A stretch of 64,000 bases of DNA, taken from assembly GCA_963822585.1 (NCBI GenBank), contig CAWGIE010000010.1:155578-219577 (forward strand), in the 5' to 3' direction. The translations under genes were made by a program, and so were the position numbers. Numbering within the stretch: position 1 is the stretch's first letter; each line of letters begins with the position of its first letter. The notes beneath the pieces are model-generated. The model had not been told where the DNA came from and did not search any database. It saw only the letters and a list, made by a program, of their open reading frames with translations. This DNA is from an uncultured bacterium. Its GTDB lineage: Bacteria > Auribacterota > Erginobacteria > Erginobacterales > Erginobacteraceae. Positions 8,003 to 16,570 of the stretch are shown here, one piece after another.

Positions 8003-10870
8003 ATGAGTAGGACATTCGACCAAGGCAAAGATGAAGTTGCAAAGCTGTGCCAATTCTTCGCCACTAACCAGCATTCCTTTCGCGCCCCGAATGTCAAGGA
8101 AGCCCATGTTCGCCAATCGCTCATCAACCCTTTTTTCGAAGCGCTTGGTTGGGACGTGCGCAATAACTCCATGGCCGCACCCCAATATCGCGAAGTCATT
8201 CCCGAAGACAGTCTGGATGTGGAAGGTCACCAGAAGGCGCCCGACTACACCTTCCGCGTCGGCACCTTGCCGAAGTTCTACGTCGAAGCCAAGAAGTGCG
8301 GCGTCAATATCAGCACCGATCCTGGCTCGGCCTATCAACTTCGCCGCTACGGTTTCAGCGCCAAACTTCCTCTATCCATCCTGACCGACTTCGAGGAATT
8401 CAGCGTGTACGATTGTTCCTCTCGCCCTCGCCCCGGCGATAAGGCCAGCCATGCCCGTATCCAGTATTTAGACTTCACCGAGTATCCTGACCGTTGGCGG
8501 GAGATTTGGGACGTGTTCTCACGCGAGGCGGTCTGGTCTGGGGCATTCGACAAGTATGCTGCCTCCAAGCGCAAGCGCGGCACCTCCGAGGTTGACAGCG
8601 AGTTTCTGAAGGATATCGAAGGCTGGCGCGATGTATTGGCACGAAACCTCGCTCTCCGCAACAGCGATTTGTCGGTAGACGATCTCAACGCTGCCGTTCA
8701 ACGGATCATTGACCGGATCGTCTTCCTGCGGATGGCCGAAGACCGCAGATTGGAATCTTATGGGCGACTACTTAGGCTCTGTGAGCGACCACATATCTAC
8801 GACCGTTTTATGAGCGAATTGTGTCGTAAGGCTGACGAAAAATATAACTCCGGCCTGTTCCACTTCCAGAAAGAACCCGGCATTTCTGATGCGCCTGACA
8901 CACTCACACCTCGTCTGACTGTAGACGACAAGGTTCTCAAACTCATTCTTCAAAGCCTTTACTTCGAATACGGTTGCCCATACCACTTTGGTGTCCTACC
9001 CGTAGAAATCCTCGGTACAGTGTACGAACGTTTCCTCGGCAAAGTCATCCGCCTGACCGCCGGGCATAAAGCCAAAGTCGAGGAAAAACCCGAAGTGCGC
9101 AAGGCCGGCGGCGTGTACTATACCCCTGCCTATATAGTGAATTATATTGTCCAGAATACCGTCGGAAAACAGATTGAAGGCAAAAGCCCGGCCAAGCTCT
9201 CCGGCGGCAAAACCAAGCCCCCCTTCCGCGTGCTCGATATGGCCTGTGGAAGTGGCTCCTTTCTCATCGGAGCTTATCAATTCCTGCTGGAACATTGCCT
9301 GAAGTGGTATCTGCACAACCCCACTAAAAAATACGCCAAGGCCACCTATAGGGACGCTAAAGGTGAGCTTCATCTTACTATCGAGGAACGCAAGCGAATT
9401 CTCATCACCCACATCTACGGCGTTGATATTGACCGGCAGGCCGTTGAAACCACCAAGCTCTCGCTACTGTTGAAGGCTCTCGAAGGTGAAAACGACGCCA
9501 CGCTTTCTCAACAGATGTTACTATTCCACGAACGCGCATTACCAAATCTATCCCACAATATCAAATGCGGAAACTCCCTTATCGCCTCTGACTTCTCAAT
9601 GGATCCCGAAGACTTAGTGCGTGTCCATGCCTTCGATTGGCCTGCACAATTCCCCGATGCCATAAAAGCTGGTGGATTCGATACCGTTATCGGTAATCCA
9701 CCGTATTTATATTCCGCGGGACAAGACAACATTGGTTATTTTCAATCAAACTTTCAATTCAGCGAATATCAAACCGACTTTTACGTATATTTCATCGAGA
9801 AGGCGATTAAACTCACTAAGCCCCAAGGACTGTTGTCTTTTATTGTTTCAGATTCCTGGCTCAAGGCAGAGAACTTTTCAAAACTCAGAAAACATCTCTT
9901 GACGGAACACAGGCTTAATCGACTTGCCATTTTTCAATTCCCGCCATTTGCGGGGGCAACTATCGAGAATTCGATTCTTGTGGTCTCCAAAAACGGGAAG
10001 CCTATGGATATTCCCATTGACTCTTTTTCAGAACCAGAAGTGTTTCGGCAAATCAATATTGTCTCCCCTTCTGTCGCGGCTAACCGTGGATTAGTTGATC
10101 CACGATTCTCAAACAAAGCCGAGAAACTCATTCAAAAACTTGAGCTACACAGCTCGCACCTCGAATCTATTACAGAGATTAACCGTGGAATTCACGCATA
10201 TCGCACAGATGGCTACGGCAAATCTAAGTTTGGCCCGGGACCTCAAACTAAACGCGACAAGGAAGAACAGTCCTACCACGCAAAAAGCCCGCTGAATAAA
10301 ACCTATTTGCCGGAATTAAAAGGTAAAAATGTTTTCCGATTTGAGAGTGTTCCGAGTGGTGACTTTGTTTCCTACGGAAATTGGCTGGCTGAATCCCGCC
10401 AGCCAAAATATTTTCTAAATCCAAAGATTGCCCTCCGCAAAGTTCTTGGGAAAAAACTTCATGGAACCTTCCTGCCGAACCCCGTCATATTAGACCAATC
10501 ACTTTATGTAATGATTTCAACCAGCAATGACGAAGATCATTTAAAGTTTCTTCTTGGCATCCTGCTTTCGAGTGTCGGAGCTTGGTATTTAAGAACCAAG
10601 TTTGCCATCTATGACACATTATACCCTTGGTATACTCGCAAACAGCTGGCCTCGTTCCCGATTAAAGGCGAAAACCCTTGCTTAGTGGAGTTGGTGGAGA
10701 AGATGTTGGTGCTGATGCCGAAGCTGCGCGAGGCTACATCGGAATCCGAAAAGGCCGCATTGCAGAATGCCATAACGACGACTGATGCGGAGATCGACCG
10801 TCTGGTGTATGAACTGTACGGCCTGACGGAGGAGGAAATCAAAATTGTTGAAGGGGAATGCTGCCGATGA
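8003..10870 (+). CDS. Type IIG restriction-modification enzyme (MmeI/Eco57I-like fused endonuclease and N6-adenine methyltransferase with TRD)
   Basis: N-terminal PD-ExK (APDYTFRV...FYVEAKK). SAM motif I VLDMACGSGSFL. Motif IV IGNPPYLY. A roughly 350-aa C-terminal region is the candidate target-recognition domain. Total length 955 aa. Confidence 0.75.
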   Translation: MSRTFDQGKDEVAKLCQFFATNQHSFRAPNVKEAHVRQSLINPFFEALGWDVRNNSMAAPQYREVIPEDSLDVEGHQKAPDYTFRVGTLPKFYVEAKKCGVNISTDPGSAYQLRRYGFSAKLPLSILTDFEEFSVYDCSSRPRPGDKASHARIQYLDFTEYPDRWREIWDVFSREAVWSGAFDKYAASKRKRGTSEVDSEFLKDIEGWRDVLARNLALRNSDLSVDDLNAAVQRIIDRIVFLRMAEDRRLESYGRLLRLCERPHIYDRFMSELCRKADEKYNSGLFHFQKEPGISDAPDTLTPRLTVDDKVLKLILQSLYFEYGCPYHFGVLPVEILGTVYERFLGKVIRLTAGHKAKVEEKPEVRKAGGVYYTPAYIVNYIVQNTVGKQIEGKSPAKLSGGKTKPPFRVLDMACGSGSFLIGAYQFLLEHCLKWYLHNPTKKYAKATYRDAKGELHLTIEERKRILITHIYGVDIDRQAVETTKLSLLLKALEGENDATLSQQMLLFHERALPNLSHNIKCGNSLIASDFSMDPEDLVRVHAFDWPAQFPDAIKAGGFDTVIGNPPYLYSAGQDNIGYFQSNFQFSEYQTDFYVYFIEKAIKLTKPQGLLSFIVSDSWLKAENFSKLRKHLLTEHRLNRLAIFQFPPFAGATIENSILVVSKNGKPMDIPIDSFSEPEVFRQINIVSPSVAANRGLVDPRFSNKAEKLIQKLELHSSHLESITEINRGIHAYRTDGYGKSKFGPGPQTKRDKEEQSYHAKSPLNKTYLPELKGKNVFRFESVPSGDFVSYGNWLAESRQPKYFLNPKIALRKVLGKKLHGTFLPNPVILDQSLYVMISTSNDEDHLKFLLGILLSSVGAWYLRTKFAIYDTLYPWYTRKQLASFPIKGENPCLVELVEKMLVLMPKLREATSESEKAALQNAITTTDAEIDRLVYELYGLTEEEIKIVEGECCR

Positions 10871-10947
10871 CGACGCCCAACAATCAGGTGAAGGCAACGC
10901 GGACGACCACGCGCCTCATCCATCACGTTAGCCAAGAGGATTGAAAT
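10871..10947. repeat. short attC-like site (GCCCAACAATCAGG ... CACGTTAGCC)
   Basis: GCCCAAC fits the inverse core RYYYAAC. AACAATC resembles class-1 59-be starts. Ends in a CGTTAGCC core-like motif 9 nt before the next ATG. Confidence 0.4.
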
Positions 10948-12222
10948 ATGAGGACAGATCAGGTCTTTGGCATATCACCCGAGGTACGTGAGTATTCTTA
11001 TGTTGATCGCGGCAATCTCGACGCAGCTTTGGCCACAATGCTTAAGAGGACTACTCACATTGCTATCCGCGGGCCATCAAAGTCAGGTAAATCTTGGCTT
11101 CGGCAGAAAGTGCTGGGAAATCCGATAACGGTGCAGTGTAGACTCAAGAAACCATTCACCGACATATATGTCGATGCGCTTTCACAGCTAAACATAAACA
11201 TCCAGGTCAAAGAATCACGGCAAGGCGTCTTCAAGGCAAACCTTTCCGCAATGGGCGAAGCAGGTTCAGCACTACTGGCCAAAGTTGGCATCACGGCATC
11301 TCTCGGTCGTGATGTCGCAAACCTGACCGAGCAGAGCATAGTCGGTCATGATATCAACGATCTAAAATATATTGCGGATATCATCAAATCGTCCGATCGT
11401 CGCCTTGTCATTGAGGATTTTCACTACATGTCTACGTCTGATCGACGCAGTTTTGCGTTTGATTTGAAAGCGCTCTGGGATTACGGAGTCTTCGTCGTCA
11501 TCATTGGAGTCTGGTCTGAAACAAATCTATTACTCCATCTGAATCCTGATCTTACCGGCAGAGTGACAGAATTACCGATTGACTGGGTACACGATGACTT
11601 AGTGCGGATACTTACAAAAGGAGGGGATGCGCTTCGCATCGAGTTCGCTCCAAGAATTCAATCTCTGCTCGTATCCTTGTCCTATTCCAACGCAGGATTG
11701 CTTCAGCAACTTACACTCCTGACCCTTGATGAAGCGGGAGTCTATGAGAAGGGCTTTCTTAAGAAGACAATAGATAATATCGCTCACGTAGATGGCGCGA
11801 GCATGGTCTACGCGGAGCAACTAAATCCGGTATATCAACAATTTGCAAAGCGCGTCGCAGCTGGCGTCAGGACGCGAAAAAACGCTACGGGAATTTATGC
11901 CCATGCAATGGCTGTTATATTGGATGCATCGGACGAGGAGCTTGTTAAGGGACTCCATGCCCGTTCAATTTTTGAAAGAGCCGTGAAGCGCCAAGAGCGT
12001 ATTCAGTATAGCAACTTGAAGGCAATTCTCGATCAACTTGAAGGGTTGCAAGTGGATGATGACGGTCGCGGGCTGATTCTTGGATATAGTCCAGCGACCG
12101 AGGAGATTACCATCGTTGATCGCCAATTGCTTCTTTATCGCCGATTTGCCACTGTAAAATGGCCATGGGAAGATTTGATCCGCGAGGCTGATGCATTTGG
12201 TGGGCAAATAGAAGCAGGCTAA
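10948..12222 (+). CDS. P-loop NTPase (AAA-like ATPase)
   Basis: Walker A IRGPSKSGKSWL. Walker B RLVIEDFHYM (hhhhDE-type). 424 aa. Confidence 0.7.
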   Translation: MRTDQVFGISPEVREYSYVDRGNLDAALATMLKRTTHIAIRGPSKSGKSWLRQKVLGNPITVQCRLKKPFTDIYVDALSQLNINIQVKESRQGVFKANLSAMGEAGSALLAKVGITASLGRDVANLTEQSIVGHDINDLKYIADIIKSSDRRLVIEDFHYMSTSDRRSFAFDLKALWDYGVFVVIIGVWSETNLLLHLNPDLTGRVTELPIDWVHDDLVRILTKGGDALRIEFAPRIQSLLVSLSYSNAGLLQQLTLLTLDEAGVYEKGFLKKTIDNIAHVDGASMVYAEQLNPVYQQFAKRVAAGVRTRKNATGIYAHAMAVILDASDEELVKGLHARSIFERAVKRQERIQYSNLKAILDQLEGLQVDDDGRGLILGYSPATEEITIVDRQLLLYRRFATVKWPWEDLIREADAFGGQIEAG

Positions 12223-12287
12223 TCAGCGGGTGGAATACTACGGCCTGAAATGGACCAAGGCTTACCCGTGCTGTTCATCAAATAGCA

Positions 12288-13325
12288 ATGAAACTTATCG
12301 GCCACACAATCTTGGATATCTACGGCGTAGAGCGCATACCTCTCGATGGCGAATATACAACAGATCGCCTCGCCGAGGTTATGATCGAGAACTGGGTGCC
12401 CTTTATAGAATGCCATAGGAAATGCTGCCGCGCCGATTCCTGCAAATTCGCCCCAAAGAAGAAAGGAGAGGATATTCGCTGTGAGGTTGCGGTAAAGGTA
12501 ATACGGAATTTCGTGCATATCACTTCTTCGATCCTCGAAGGGTTGAACAGCATACAAATACAGAAATACTTGGACGGAGCATTTTTTTTGTCGAGGTTCA
12601 TTTTCGAAGCTGAGGGCACGGTGGGGATGTGTATGGACGAGGACTGCGTCAGATACTGGGATGAAATGGCCCCAATACTTTTTGGACGACTGACGCGGCT
12701 GCGAGGCAATCTTAACGACCTTGCCACCAACTGGAAAGAGATACCCGAGCTTCGCGCAACTCAGCACGTGCTACTGGTCGAGGGAGAGTCAGAGCGCGCT
12801 TTCCTCGACGAGTTGAGAAAGTCTCACAGCAGTTGGTTCTTGGACCTCAATATTGACGTGTACGGGGGAAAGGGGAACCGCCGTCCTGGCAGGATCCAGA
12901 TGCTATTGAAACGCTATATTTGCCAAGGGTATACCGTTTATGTAGTGGGCGATGCGGATGGAGCGAATACAGATATCTTCGAGCGACTTGTGGATAGCGG
13001 GTTGGTCAAGAGAGAGAGCACGTTCATTTTCACTCACGATTTCGAGACATCGCTTCCGATTGGGTTACTTCTGCATGTTCTCAAAAACCTTCACTTGATT
13101 GGCGATACTGCCTATTGCCGAGAGCTTCTGGATCATCGAAGTGGCTCCGTGGTACAGCAACTCAAGGATGGTTCTTCACTCGATATAGGTCCGCACAAGG
13201 TTGCCGTGGCCCAGGCAGTCGCACGCGTCCTCAACCATCCCGATGTCATATGGTGGCAGAACGATGGGTTCATGAAAGAGAGTGAACTAGGGCGGTTCCT
13301 CCGCTTCATCCAAGGGATCAGATAG
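12288..13325 (+). CDS. TOPRIM-type (OLD/DUF4435-like) nuclease domain protein with N-terminal Cys-rich segment
   Basis: HVLLVEGESERAFL (Toprim conserved Glu) and VYVVGDADGANTD (DxD) about 75 aa downstream. CHRKCCRADSCKF is a possible Zn site. Partner of the upstream ATPase. Confidence 0.5.
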   Translation: MKLIGHTILDIYGVERIPLDGEYTTDRLAEVMIENWVPFIECHRKCCRADSCKFAPKKKGEDIRCEVAVKVIRNFVHITSSILEGLNSIQIQKYLDGAFFLSRFIFEAEGTVGMCMDEDCVRYWDEMAPILFGRLTRLRGNLNDLATNWKEIPELRATQHVLLVEGESERAFLDELRKSHSSWFLDLNIDVYGGKGNRRPGRIQMLLKRYICQGYTVYVVGDADGANTDIFERLVDSGLVKRESTFIFTHDFETSLPIGLLLHVLKNLHLIGDTAYCRELLDHRSGSVVQQLKDGSSLDIGPHKVAVAQAVARVLNHPDVIWWQNDGFMKESELGRFLRFIQGIR

Positions 13326-13521
13326 ATCCTGGCGAACAATCGACTACAACGTTACACCGGCTTCGCTATATTGCATCGGCGAAGTTGTGGTGGAGTGTTC
13401 ATGAAAAAGCATTCAAGATCCTTGATCTGCAATAAGTGCAGGGGAAAACTGAAGTGGGAAAGATTCAAAAAAAACGGCGAACGCTTCAGAACTGTCTTGT
13501 GGTAATCTTTATAGCGACATT

Positions 13522-13773
13522 GTGGAGGAAATTTACATGGTACTCATCGAAGCAAAAGTAATGGACGCAACCCATCTGGAGTTGACAAAGCCCATCACCG
13601 CAAAACGGGGCAAGAAGGTGTTCGTCGTGGTTGCCGAATCCGCGGAGCAGGACGCGGAACGGCGGGAGTGGCTTGAGGGGTCGGCTGCGACTCTGTGCTC
13701 AGCCTACGGCGATTCCGAGCCCGATTACACCCCTGACATGGTCAGAGAAAGCAATCAGGACTATGAGACATGA
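13522..13773 (+). CDS. DUF104-like putative antitoxin
   Basis: MVLIEAKVMDATHLELTKPI...GKKVFVVVAE follows the DUF104 pattern (M.I.A.YENGVLKPLE...G..V.V.I). RBS GGAGG upstream. Confidence 0.4.
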   Translation: MEEIYMVLIEAKVMDATHLELTKPITAKRGKKVFVVVAESAEQDAERREWLEGSAATLCSAYGDSEPDYTPDMVRESNQDYET

Positions 13774-13826
13774 AGGAAGCCGACATCATTCTCACGCCTC
13801 TGCCGCAGGCTGACGTTCAACAATAA
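13770..13826 (+). pseudogene. MazF/PemK-family toxin remnant, truncated after 18 codons
   Basis: ATGA overlap with the antitoxin stop. MKEADIILTPLPQADVQQ* resembles the PemK/MazF N-terminus (GDIVLVPFPFTD), then stops. The next gene follows with its own RBS. Confidence 0.4.
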
Positions 13827-13838
13827 AGGAGGCAAAAA

Positions 13839-14585
13839 ATGAATGCATATCGAATGACCGTGTTGATTGCCCTGCTGATCGCGGGAATAGCTCACACAAC
13901 ATGGGCGGATGATTGCTCCAAGATATCAGTCTCTGGTTCAGCCACCAAACAACTCAAACCGGATGTCGCGTACATCACGCTCTACGTGAACGGAGACGGC
14001 GTGCTGATGTCAGATGCGGCCAAGAAAGCAGACGACAATGTTGAGACAGTTCTCAAGGCCGTCAAGGAAGGACGAACTAACATCATCGACATTGCCGTAA
14101 CAACAATTGATGTCGGAGAAAAAAGTTCTCGCACCTGGAGCAGCGACCAACAGAGCACTCCCCCAAGGCCGCAGGTATCCAAGCGATTGATGATCGCTAT
14201 CCCGCCGGATTCAACCTTGGCGTATGAAATTATTGATGCCGCAATCAGAGCGGGAGCGATTCTGGCTCGCGATAGTATGACGCACTACTCGGGCGAAGTG
14301 CGTGGAACCGTGGTCTATGGCGTCCGGGATGGAGCAGCAATCGAGGAAGAATTAAATAAGGACGCGTTTGCGGATGCCCGCAAGGAAGCAGAAAAAACGG
14401 CGCAATACGCGGGGAAGAGTGTTGGGCCGTTGTGTTCTATCGGGTGCCAATCGACGACATTATGGTCCCAGAGGATGGTGTTTGGCGAAAAGGCGACGGA
14501 GTATCCGACGAAGTACCTGAGCACAGACTCGAAACAGATCGAGATCAAGGCCACGGTATTGGCAACTTTTGAGCTTCAAGATTAA
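13839..14585 (+). CDS. SIMPL/DUF541 (BP26/YggE-like) periplasmic protein
   Basis: Signal peptide MNAYRMTVLIALLIAGIAHTTWA. SIMPL-like GSATKQLKPDVAYITLYV and late KATV..TFEL. RBS AAGGAGG. Confidence 0.6.
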   Translation: MNAYRMTVLIALLIAGIAHTTWADDCSKISVSGSATKQLKPDVAYITLYVNGDGVLMSDAAKKADDNVETVLKAVKEGRTNIIDIAVTTIDVGEKSSRTWSSDQQSTPPRPQVSKRLMIAIPPDSTLAYEIIDAAIRAGAILARDSMTHYSGEVRGTVVYGVRDGAAIEEELNKDAFADARKEAEKTAQYAGKSVGPLCSIGCQSTTLWSQRMVFGEKATEYPTKYLSTDSKQIEIKATVLATFELQD

Positions 14586-14800
14586 GAACCGTCGAACCAT
14601 TGGCTTCAGTTTGTCCGGATGCCCCGACGGCATTCTCGATCCTAATGCGCTCACGGCCGGTCCCCCTTCGGCGCCGGAGCGCTCACGTCGGAATCCAGTG
14701 CCATCCCCCTTAAATCCCGCGGCTTTTACCCCGAGATAGCGAAGCTATTTTTCGGGATTACGCTGTGGGTGAATCAGTTCAGCGATCATCCATGCCGTAA
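14586..14800. repeat. composite intergenic repeat: attC-like part plus copy of the 2881-2978 element
   Basis: 14712-14800 is nearly identical to 2890-2975. The upstream part is GC-rich and palindromic. Confidence 0.5.
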
Positions 14801-14933
14801 TTAAAGAATCGTTGGCAAAGAAGATATTAAAGAATTTGAATTCTGGATGAATGACCGGACAACCGGTTGCAGCGGACAAGGCTCCGCGTCGCCGTTGAAT
14901 AGGAATGTTGAACAAACATAAAAGGAGGGAAAC

Positions 14934-15374
14934 ATGAAACTGCCGGAGTATATCACTGCCGAGGAAGTAAAAAGAGTCTGCGACGAAATCGGTTTGAGGG
15001 ATTGGTCCACGATCACGGAGCCGACCGTTTCAGAAGAAGAAGCATCCGCGATTCTTAAGATCGTGAATACCAGGGGGATGGAAATCCCCCGGGAGGCTTT
15101 CCGCAAGGGATTGGAAGTTGAGCTGGAGCATGGAACACGGTTTGAGGACGCGAATGTCACGAACAACCACCCGATCCTGACCGGCCAGATCGTTATCGCG
15201 CACCTCAAAGAGACCATGGATTATTATGAAAGAATCGATGTCGCTGAAATGGAAGGCGATTTATTGCACGCTGTCCTGTCTCGCAACCTCGAAAAGATAG
15301 AATCAAAGTATAAAAAACTCATCGCGGCCCGCACTGCCCTGAATCGATCGGTTGCCGACCAATTGCAGAAATGA
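14934..15374 (+). CDS. hypothetical protein (146 aa)
   Basis: Strong RBS AAAAGGAGGG. Last + strand gene before the GC jump. No family recognised. Confidence 0.6.
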   Translation: MKLPEYITAEEVKRVCDEIGLRDWSTITEPTVSEEEASAILKIVNTRGMEIPREAFRKGLEVELEHGTRFEDANVTNNHPILTGQIVIAHLKETMDYYERIDVAEMEGDLLHAVLSRNLEKIESKYKKLIAARTALNRSVADQLQK

Positions 15375-15450
15375 ATATAACCTGCGGCTTGTCCTTATGC
15401 GGGAGCAGCGTGGACTAAAGGAGAAGCGAAAGAGGGGTTAGAGACGATCG

Positions 15451-16269
15451 ATGGAAAACTTTTTATGGCTTATCCCGCTGGGAGTGGCGGTGGGCGCCCT
15501 GGGAACGCTGATCGGGGCCGGCGGTGGATTCGTCCTGGTGCCCGTGTTGCTTCTGTTATATCCCCGGGCGAATCCGAATACCATTACCGCCATTTCGCTT
15601 GCCGTCGTCTTCTTCAACGCCCTGTCCGGCTCAGGGGCCTATGCGCGGATGAAGCGCATCGACTACAAATCCGGGCTGCTCTTTGCCGCCGCCACCATAC
15701 CCGGGGCGATTATCGGCGCCCTGACCACGGACTACATTCCTCGGCGCCTGTTCAACGCCGGCTTTGGTCTGTTGATGGTTTCGGCGGCAGCCTATCTCTT
15801 TTTCCACCGGCCCGATGAGGGGAAACCCATCGAGAGAAAAAGCAAGCGGCAGATGGTCAGAAAGGTGGTTGAGGCAAACGGCACGGCGCATGCCTATTCC
15901 TATAACCTGGGATTGGGAATGCGATGGAGTTTGTTTGTCGGATATGTGTCGAGTTTGCTTGGTATCGGCGGCGGCATCGTCCATGTGCCGGTCCTCGTTC
16001 GTGTGCTTAACTTCCCCGTGCACGTCGCTACCGCGACTTCTCACTTCGTTCTGGCCATCATGGCTCTGACCGGGACGATTGTCCATATTGCCACCGGTTC
16101 ATTTTCGGAAGGCGGCCTCCGGCGGACGATCGCTCTGGGTATCGGTGTCATGCTGGGGGCACAGGTGGGAGCGGCGGTTTCCTCCCGCGTGCATGGGATG
16201 TGGATCATCCGCGGTTTGGCGGTCGCTCTGATCTTCGTCGGCATTCGGATTCTCATGATGGCTTTCTAA
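15451..16269 (+). CDS. TauE/SafE (DUF81) family sulfite/anion exporter
   Basis: Duplicated GAGGGFVLVPVL / GIGGGIVHVPVL half-repeats. About 8 TM segments. Confidence 0.8.
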   Translation: MENFLWLIPLGVAVGALGTLIGAGGGFVLVPVLLLLYPRANPNTITAISLAVVFFNALSGSGAYARMKRIDYKSGLLFAAATIPGAIIGALTTDYIPRRLFNAGFGLLMVSAAAYLFFHRPDEGKPIERKSKRQMVRKVVEANGTAHAYSYNLGLGMRWSLFVGYVSSLLGIGGGIVHVPVLVRVLNFPVHVATATSHFVLAIMALTGTIVHIATGSFSEGGLRRTIALGIGVMLGAQVGAAVSSRVHGMWIIRGLAVALIFVGIRILMMAF

Positions 16270-16570
16270 TCGCGGCGCCGCGCGCCGAACAAGCATAGGA
16301 AATAATGCCGCCGGCAGGAAAGACCATAGACGGATTGGTGTCGAGGGAGATCCGTTCCCGGCAGTGTATTGAAGCCGGAGACTACGTCGTCAAAGGGAAA
16401 GGTTTCCGGAGCCGGATTACGCCGCGAGGCAAGAGGATGGCGCCAGAAATTCGAGACAGAGCCCTGCGGCAAGAGAAAGCAGAATCATTAAACAAACGAA
16501 TGCCGCCCGCGATTATTGCCGCGGCTGACTGGATATCGTTCGCGAGTGACCGAAGTCTCACCGCGCGTGC

